DNA of 64,000 bases from an uncultured Eubacteriales bacterium (GTDB lineage: Bacteria > Bacillota > Clostridia > Oscillospirales > CAG-272): NCBI GenBank assembly GCA_934486825.1, contig CAKSQF010000012.1, forward strand, positions 14,751-78,750. Reading direction: 5' to 3'. Below are positions 53,956-59,102 of the stretch, piece after piece; the stretch's first letter is position 1, and the number at the start of each line of letters is the position of its first letter. Below the pieces are notes generated by a model. The model did not search any database. It had not been told where the DNA came from and saw only the letters and a program-made list of their open reading frames with translations. The translations under genes were made by a program, and so were the position numbers.

Positions 53956-54745
53956 ATTCTTTTCCCCCTTTATTATTTACAGAGCATACCCGCACGCCCT
54001 TCGCGCGGCAGTCTCTGACAAAGCCGGATGAAACCCCGCTGTCGGTTGCAATTACCATGGCGGGCGTAAGCTCGGCGATCCGATAGGGCGCGGCTTGCCC
54101 GAGTTTGGCGGCATCGGCGGCGACGATCACCTCGTCCGCACATTCGGTCAGCAGCTTCTGATTCGGGATCAGCTCCGGAATATAATCATAAATTCCGTCG
54201 GCGACCGAGACTGCGCTCGGGCAGAGGATCGCCTTCCCCGCATGCAGACCGCGAAGCATCTCCTGCGCCATATATCCGCAGAACACCTGCTCACTGCCGA
54301 GATACTCCCCGCCGATCTGGATCAGCCGGAACCCCTCCTTGCGCGACAGCGTCTGCATAACCTCCATGGAATAGCTAATAACCGTCAGGTGCTGAAATGT
54401 TTCAGCCATCAGTTGTGCAATCTCTCTTGCGGTAGTTCCGCTGTCCAGCATAACGTGATCCCCTTCCTTCAGCAGGGATATCACCGCCCGAGCCGTCTCC
54501 ACCTTCTCGGGAAGATGCTGCTTTGCCCTCTCGGAAAGCTTTTCGAATTGCTGCATCCGACCGGGCGAAACGGCGCCTCCGTGCACGCGGCGTATAAGAT
54601 TGTCCCGCTCCAGAAGCTCCAGATCTCTCCTTATGGTTTCAATTGACACGCGGTACCGCCCGGTAAGCTCGCTTACCGTTACCGTTTTCTGTGCATTTAC
54701 CAGCATTACAATGTCTGCTCTGCGTTCATCTGCAAACAAACACAA
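53924..54745 (-). CDS. DeoR-family transcriptional regulator
   Basis: N-terminal HTH VSELTGRYRVSIETIRRDLELLE plus a C-terminal sugar-phosphate sensor domain. TTG start region; a start at 54739 is also possible. Confidence 0.8.
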   Translation of the reverse strand: MCLFADERRADIVMLVNAQKTVTVSELTGRYRVSIETIRRDLELLERDNLIRRVHGGAVSPGRMQQFEKLSERAKQHLPEKVETARAVISLLKEGDHVMLDSGTTAREIAQLMAETFQHLTVISYSMEVMQTLSRKEGFRLIQIGGEYLGSEQVFCGYMAQEMLRGLHAGKAILCPSAVSVADGIYDYIPELIPNQKLLTECADEVIVAADAAKLGQAAPYRIAELTPAMVIATDSGVSSGFVRDCRAKGVRVCSVNNKGGKEYEKQSNSDIG

Positions 54746-54769
54746 TCACCTCCAACAATATACAACATC

Positions 54770-54798
54770 ATTATACAGTCACAACCGCGATCTGTCAA
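54770..54798 (-). promoter_or_regulatory. Promoter of the DeoR operon
   Basis: Minus strand TTGACA-17 bp-TATAAT. Confidence 0.6.
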
Positions 54799-54802
54799 GC
54801 AC

Positions 54803-54844
54803 TTTTTGCAAAAAATCCGATCGCAGACCCTTTTTTTGCAAAAA
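54803..54844. promoter_or_regulatory. Two copies of the 12-bp palindrome TTTTTGCAAAAA (candidate operators)
   Basis: Copies at 54803-54814 and 54833-54844, 30 bp centre to centre. Each abuts the -35 of one of two divergent promoters. Confidence 0.5.
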
Positions 54845-54847
54845 CAC

Positions 54848-54876
54848 TTGCAATGCCGCCCGTATTATGTTATAAT
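54848..54876 (+). promoter_or_regulatory. Promoter of the 148-aa gene
   Basis: TTGCAA-17 bp-TATAAT. Confidence 0.55.
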
Positions 54877-54965
54877 TGCCTTGCGGACGGGGGAGATACC
54901 CATAACAAAAAACGAAAACCGCAAAAGCTTATCATAACAAGGGGGCGGCACCCATAGAAAAAAAC

Positions 54966-55412
54966 GTGATTGTTGTTGACGAGCAGGGAAACGAATATGA
55001 AGCGACCTACCCGAAACGGGCAAAAGGTCTTGTAAAAAACGGCAGGGCACGCTTCGTAGGTGAAAACAGAATATGCCTTGCGTGTCCTCCGTATGAGTTA
55101 ATGGAGGATAATGAAATGACAAAGATAAACGAACCCGCAATATCGGAGAAAAAGTCGGAAGACATGCTGTACACGATCGGTTACGCGCTCGGACAGCTCG
55201 AAAAGGTAAAAAGCGAAGCTTCCGCTTTTTTCACCGAAATGTCAAAAAAGCTTATGGAGATACAATCTGGCGGACCGGGAGATGTCGGAGCGCAGTCCAA
55301 AGGGATGGCGTTCCAGGCACTGATTGAAGAACAGGGGAGTTTCTACCGCAAGCTGATCGATTTTTACATCGGAATGATTTCCGATCTGAAAAAAGATGCT
55401 CCGCGGGCATAG
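54966..55412 (+). CDS. Hypothetical 148-aa protein
   Basis: ORF with a GTG start and a weak RBS. Own promoter and a strong terminator. No family recognised. Confidence 0.5.
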   Translation: MIVVDEQGNEYEATYPKRAKGLVKNGRARFVGENRICLACPPYELMEDNEMTKINEPAISEKKSEDMLYTIGYALGQLEKVKSEASAFFTEMSKKLMEIQSGGPGDVGAQSKGMAFQALIEEQGSFYRKLIDFYIGMISDLKKDAPRA

Positions 55413-55434
55413 TCCGCAGGAAAAAGACACAAAA

Positions 55435-55468
55435 ATATACCCCGTTCTTCGGAACGGGGTATATTTTG
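55435..55468 (+). terminator. Terminator after the 148-aa gene
   Basis: ATATACCCCGTTC-TTCG-GAACGGGGTATAT followed by TTTT. Confidence 0.85.
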
Positions 55469-55499
55469 TACCGCGATATATTCTGAAAGAAGGTGCATT

Positions 55500-55757
55500 A
55501 TGAAAAGAAAAATCGTGTTTTTCGGGATTTTATACTATCCGCTTGTCATGCTCGTGTATCTGACCGCACTGAAATTGACCTCGCCGGTCTTCAACGCACT
55601 GCCGGATGTCGGACTCGGCGGGCTTGCCGTGCTGATCCATGGCATGGTCTTTGTCGAACTACCCGCAATCACAGCCGTGATGATGCGGTTCAGTCTCTTC
55701 AATGGTATGTTGACCCGATCGCGGCAGCCGAAATGCCGCTTCTTTTGTACGTCCTGA
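55500..55757 (+). CDS. Small hydrophobic protein (85 aa), possibly the 5' half of a frameshifted membrane-protein gene
   Basis: GAAAGAAGG RBS and two predicted TM helices. The hydrophobic reading continues in another frame (see 55733-55981). Confidence 0.45.
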   Translation: MKRKIVFFGILYYPLVMLVYLTALKLTSPVFNALPDVGLGGLAVLIHGMVFVELPAITAVMMRFSLFNGMLTRSRQPKCRFFCTS

Positions 55758-55981
55758 TGCTCGCAAAGCAGATAAAAAGCTCCGGATCATTCGGAAGTGC
55801 TTTTGTCGGACTTAACCGCATGCTGTGTGATAACGGAGTATGGCTGTATCTCGTCTGCCTGTTTGTTTTCGGACTTGCCCTCTCCTTCTCGGTTGCAAGA
55901 AAAAACGGACAGAACATCTCATACCGACTGATCTCCGGGCGCTCCGGCAAAAAAACCAACGGCTCCGCGCCCGTCGTCTGA
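55733..55981 (+). CDS. Small hydrophobic protein (82 aa) or the 3' half of the same disrupted gene
   Basis: Frame of ORF 55493-55981. TM-like segments MPLLLYVLMLA and VWLYLVCLFVFGLALSF. Poor RBS. Confidence 0.35.
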   Translation: MPLLLYVLMLAKQIKSSGSFGSAFVGLNRMLCDNGVWLYLVCLFVFGLALSFSVARKNGQNISYRLISGRSGKKTNGSAPVV

Positions 55982-56125
55982 CAAAAAGCAGATCTGCGCC
56001 GCCCGAATATTGGCGCGGCTCTGTCGGTATGCCGAAAACAGTCCGAAGCGTCTCTCAAGCGGCGCTTGAGGCAAAAAATCCGAAACTCAATTATCGCTTG
56101 CTGGTATTGTCCGCGACTTTGTGAT

Positions 56126-56281
56126 AGAGTGATGACAGTCGGGCGCGCACCTGTACCGGGCGTGGTTCAGAGTGATGCGTGGGGCGAAAATCGAAGGATT
56201 CCGGGTTTCCCGAGATTTCCGGTCACGCAAAGCGACGAAAAGCCGCGGCGGGAACGGTCCGTGTCCGACTGTCATCACTCT
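56126..56281 (+). other. 156-nt GC-rich element closed by a 26-bp stem (candidate structured RNA / cis-regulatory leader)
   Basis: 56126-56151 pairs with 56256-56281: 17 perfect bp AGAGTGATGACAGTCGG/CCGACTGTCATCACTCT, then 9 more positions with 2 G-U pairs and 1 mismatch. A second AGAGTGATG at 56169-56177 offers an alternative partner. It lies 43 nt upstream of the XRE gene. Confidence 0.5.
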
Positions 56282-56323
56282 TAATGTACAGCCGACCGAA
56301 AAGGGCGGCGGAAAGGAAAAAAT

Positions 56324-57076
56324 ATGTTTGACACTATGGTAGTGGGAAAAAGAATTGCAGAACTGAGAAAGCGGAACAACCTTACACAGCCGGAGCTTGC
56401 CGACGCAATGGGCGTCAGCTTTCAGGCAGTATCCAACTGGGAGAGAGGAAACTCCATGCCCGATATTTCAAAGCTCTCCGACCTTGCCGGAATACTCGGA
56501 ACAACCGTGGACGATCTGCTCGGAAAGAAAAATCCCGTGGTCGAAAAGCTCGCGAAGAACGAGGAACCCGATTTCGGAAATGTCAGCCGCGAGGAGCTGA
56601 CAGAGGCGGCTGAGATCGCAAAGCCGCATGTCGTTGAGAAAATGGCGGAAAAGGTTGACGGCAAGGATGTCGTTCTGCTTCTACCCTTCCTCGGCGAGGA
56701 GTATATCGCAAAGCTTGCGAATGAAGCGTACTCGGAGGGACGCGACATTTCCGTCTTTCTCCCCTTTCTTGCCGAAACCGACGCAGACGCGCTCTTCTCC
56801 CGCGCGATTGCCGACGGACGGGAGGATATCGCAAAATTTCTGCCCTTCGCATCCGACAAAAAGCTCACCGAAGCGGCGGCTGCATACAAAAAAGCGGGAA
56901 AGGATGTCGTATTGTTTCTTCCGTTTCTGGACGACAAGACAGTGAGAACACTTGCGTCCGACGCACTGAAAAGCGGCGGACTCACGGCGGCACTTCCCTA
57001 TCTTGCCTTTCTGGACAACGGTGACGCCGAATCGATAGCCGAGCGAATACTGCACAAAAAGGCGGATAACGAATAA
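56324..57076 (+). CDS. XRE-family HTH protein with C-terminal ~27-aa LPF(L) repeats
   Basis: N-terminal HTH (LTQPELADAMGVSFQAVSNWERG). Residues ~115-243 contain 4-5 repeats of D(V/I)xxFLPFLxxxxxxxLxxxAxxxG. Confidence 0.75.
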   Translation: MFDTMVVGKRIAELRKRNNLTQPELADAMGVSFQAVSNWERGNSMPDISKLSDLAGILGTTVDDLLGKKNPVVEKLAKNEEPDFGNVSREELTEAAEIAKPHVVEKMAEKVDGKDVVLLLPFLGEEYIAKLANEAYSEGRDISVFLPFLAETDADALFSRAIADGREDIAKFLPFASDKKLTEAAAAYKKAGKDVVLFLPFLDDKTVRTLASDALKSGGLTAALPYLAFLDNGDAESIAERILHKKADNE

Positions 57077-57160
57077 TCGCCGTTGAATCCGTCCGAAAGT
57101 CCGCGCAAAATAACAGCTCTTCCCTGTCGGGGTCCGCAAAAACAGCAGTTTACCTCTCTT

Positions 57161-57194
57161 CCCGCCGTTTGAAAAAACGGCGGGTTGTCTTTTT
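57161..57194 (+). terminator. Terminator after the XRE-repeat gene
   Basis: CCCGCCGTTT-GAAA-AAACGGCGGG followed by TTGTCTTTTT. Confidence 0.75.
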
Positions 57195-57279
57195 GTAAAG
57201 TCCCGCCGCCGCGGTCATATCGACTCTGCGGGACGCAGTCGGCTTTGCCGCCCGATCGGGCAGAATCGCCGATGCGCTG

Positions 57280-57513
57280 TCACTTCTTGTCTTCAACGCT
57301 CTGCGTTTTTTTATCGTCGGTGCGGACGGCTCCCACCGCAGGAGTACTGCCGTCGTCTTTGCGGCAGTTTCGGCGTTTGAGCTTTGCGTAAAGATCACAC
57401 ATTTTCTTGATCGTTGCGGCATCGAGAAAGCCGCGAAGCTCCGCATACGGCTTTCTCATCAACGCTTCGAATATTTTTTCGGTGACAACCTTGTCGTTTT
57501 CGGTAAATCTCAT
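57280..57513 (-). CDS. Hypothetical 77-aa protein
   Basis: ATG at 57513 is 8 nt after GGGAGG, with an ATGA overlap to the preceding 39-codon ORF. MRFTENDKVVTEKIFEALMRKPYAELRGFLDAATIKKMCDLYAKLKRR then a charged tail. Confidence 0.5.
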   Translation of the reverse strand: MRFTENDKVVTEKIFEALMRKPYAELRGFLDAATIKKMCDLYAKLKRRNCRKDDGSTPAVGAVRTDDKKTQSVEDKK

Positions 57514-57629
57514 TTGTTTTTCCTCCCGTGAGCGCAAACGAACGCACATACGCCGTCCGGCTCGTCCGCAAGCCAAAGCGTGTGTCTGTGTAATATTTCG
57601 TTAAGTTCTTCTTTTGTGTAGGTTTTCAT
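57510..57629 (-). CDS. Mini-ORF, 39 aa (MKTYTKEELNEILHRHTLWLADEPDGVCAFVCAHGRKNK)
   Basis: GGGAGG RBS 6 nt upstream of the ATG at 57629. Translationally coupled to the 77-aa ORF. Below the ORF-track size cutoff, translated by hand. Confidence 0.4.
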   Translation of the reverse strand: MKTYTKEELNEILHRHTLWLADEPDGVCAFVCAHGRKNK

Positions 57630-57691
57630 TGGTTTCCTCCCTGTTTGCGGATTATTCAGCCAATCGTCCGATTTGCGTTTTTGTTGGTAGA

Positions 57692-57907
57692 TTATTGGTC
57701 TATCATTTTGGTAAAAAAAATATTCTCGATTTGCCCGTCAAGATGAAATAATTTGCGAAACGCAATTATCTCCTTTGAATTGAATTCAGCCTTTCCGTTT
57801 ATCTTTGCATTGAGCGATTGCGGTGAAATGCCGATTTTGCGGGCAGTTTCCGACTGTGACAAACCCGCTCCGCGGATAACTCCTTTTAACTTGTTGCCGT
57901 CTATCAT
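57692..57907 (-). CDS. Cro/XRE-type small HTH regulator (71 aa)
   Basis: GLSQSETARKIGISPQSLNAKINGK HTH, GGGAGGTG RBS, divergent from the cI-like gene. Confidence 0.8.
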   Translation of the reverse strand: MIDGNKLKGVIRGAGLSQSETARKIGISPQSLNAKINGKAEFNSKEIIAFRKLFHLDGQIENIFFTKMIDQ

Positions 57908-57946
57908 TTTTTCACCTCCCTCTCGGTTGATTTTTTATCTACTCGC

Positions 57947-57975
57947 AGTATATCACGTCTTACATGATTTGTCAA
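57947..57975 (-). promoter_or_regulatory. Promoter of the cro-like gene
   Basis: Minus strand TTGACA-17 bp-TATACT. The GATTTTTTATCT operator-like repeat at 57929-57940 lies just downstream. Confidence 0.6.
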
Positions 57976-58025
57976 TAGCATTTTTAAAAAAAATCAAAAA
58001 AAGTAGATTTTTTATCTCAGCAAGG

Positions 58026-58054
58026 TTGACAAGTTGATTTTCTCATGATATAAT
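58026..58054 (+). promoter_or_regulatory. Promoter of the cI-like gene
   Basis: TTGACA-17 bp-TATAAT. A second copy of GATTTTTTATCT sits at 58006-58017, with a related GATTTTCTCAT at 58035-58045. Confidence 0.6.
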
Positions 58055-58077
58055 TCGCTTATGAGAGGGGTGTAAAA

Positions 58078-58749
58078 ATGGAAACCACCGGGGAACGTAT
58101 AAAGAAACTAAGACTTCAAAGAGGAATGTCGCAAGAAGAACTTGCAAAACTGTTGGGGTACTCGCATAAATCTGCTATAAATAAAATCGAATTAAATATC
58201 AACGGGGTTCCTTCCTCAAAGATAGTAAAGTTGTCCAAAATCTTCGGAGTGTCGATATCATACCTGATGTGTGACGACGATTCCCGTCCCGCCCCCGACG
58301 GGGACGCGATCGACCTGTCAAAATTAAATAACGTGCGCCGCATAAACCCGAGAAGATTCCCGCTACTCGGCAAAATCGCATGCGGTCAGCCGATACTTGC
58401 CGTCGAAGAGCATGACAGCTATGTAACGGCAGACCGCGACATTGACGCCGATTTCTGCGTCATCGCAAAAGGTGATTCAATGAGACAATCCCGCATATGC
58501 GACGGCGATACAGTATTCATAAAACGGATGCAGGCAGTCGGGGACATCAGAAATGTCGCTGCCGCAGGAGTCGTTGCGATCATCATCAACGACGAGGTGA
58601 CCCTCAAACGCGTTTATTACAATAAGGACAACGACACTCTTATTCTCGCCGACGACAACTCAAAACGCCCGCCGATTCTCCTTACCGGCAGTGAAATCGA
58701 CAATCTGAACTGCATAGGCAGGGCGGTCTGTTTTATGAGCTTATTGTAA
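58078..58749 (+). CDS. cI/LexA-like repressor (XRE HTH + S24 peptidase domain)
   Basis: N-terminal HTH (MSQEELAKLLGYSHKSAINKIE). C-terminal S24 motifs AKGDSM and VTLKRV (Ser/Lys dyad). Confidence 0.8.
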   Translation: METTGERIKKLRLQRGMSQEELAKLLGYSHKSAINKIELNINGVPSSKIVKLSKIFGVSISYLMCDDDSRPAPDGDAIDLSKLNNVRRINPRRFPLLGKIACGQPILAVEEHDSYVTADRDIDADFCVIAKGDSMRQSRICDGDTVFIKRMQAVGDIRNVAAAGVVAIIINDEVTLKRVYYNKDNDTLILADDNSKRPPILLTGSEIDNLNCIGRAVCFMSLL

Positions 58750-58785
58750 GTTATCGGCAGAGCACAAACCGTTTTCGCAAAACAT

Positions 58786-58820
58786 TCACCCGCAGTTCAA
58801 ATCCTGCGGGTGAGTTTTTA
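58786..58820 (+). terminator. Terminator after the cI-like gene
   Basis: TCACCCGCAG-TTCAAATC-CTGCGGGTGA followed by GTTTTTA. Confidence 0.75.
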
Positions 58821-58893
58821 TACAAGAAATCACAAAAAGCATGTAATAGAATGATTTTTTTACAAAAATTGTTCATTTTAACCGAATCATGTC

Positions 58894-58922
58894 TTGTATA
58901 ACCGGTTTTTTTATGCTATAAT
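58894..58922 (+). promoter_or_regulatory. Plus-strand promoter upstream of cas9 (cas9 leader)
   Basis: TTGTAT-17 bp-TGcTATAAT (extended -10). The predicted TSS is about 58929, 174 nt before the cas9 ATG. Confidence 0.6.
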
Positions 58923-58945
58923 ATACCTGTGGGAAACAATGGCAA

Positions 58946-59066
58946 CAAAAAGCGGTGCCGTAAGCACCGCTTTTGCGCACACACCTGTGCAGTCGGAGAG
59001 TCCCGACGATCTGAGTTAACTTTTATTTGAACTCAATAGTGCAGATTTACAGGGGACTATAAATCT
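58946..59066 (-). ncRNA. Putative tracrRNA (about 120 nt)
   Basis: Own minus-strand promoter (59073-59101). Internal hairpin GUCGG-GACUCU-CCGAC (58992-59007). Terminal hairpin GCGGUGC-UUACG-GCACCGC followed by U5. The segment GAGUUCAAAUAAAAGUUAA resembles the repeat/anti-repeat-to-nexus junction of known type II-A tracrRNAs. Its location upstream of and antisense to cas9 matches S. pyogenes. The cognate repeat is not in the window, so complementarity is untested. Confidence 0.5.
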
Positions 59067-59072
59067 GTCTGA

Positions 59073-59101
59073 AGTATATCACGAAAAGGACGGCTTGTCA
59101 A
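59073..59101 (-). promoter_or_regulatory. Promoter of the putative tracrRNA
   Basis: Minus strand TTGACA(59101-59096)-17 bp-TATACT(59078-59073). The -35 ends 2 nt before the cas9 ATG. Confidence 0.6.
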
Positions 59102-59102
59102 T

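Noticed and set aside
54883-54965. The leader of the 148-aa gene contains GGGGAGATACCCATAACAAAAAACGAAAA, reminiscent of the A-rich tail of preQ1-I riboswitches.
   Set aside because: Only a 3-bp P1-like stem can be drawn, and the downstream gene is not queuosine-related. The resemblance is judged coincidental.
56066-56284. 72-aa plus ORF and 63-aa minus ORF (56087-56278) across the long-stem element.
   Set aside because: Both arise from the palindromic GC-rich structure, are Arg/Pro-rich and lack an RBS. The region is better explained as non-coding.
57150-57446. 98-aa minus ORF overlapping the 77-aa ORF in another frame.
   Set aside because: It is Arg/Ala-rich, has no RBS and runs through the terminator hairpin. 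The 57280-57513 frame has an RBS and translational coupling.
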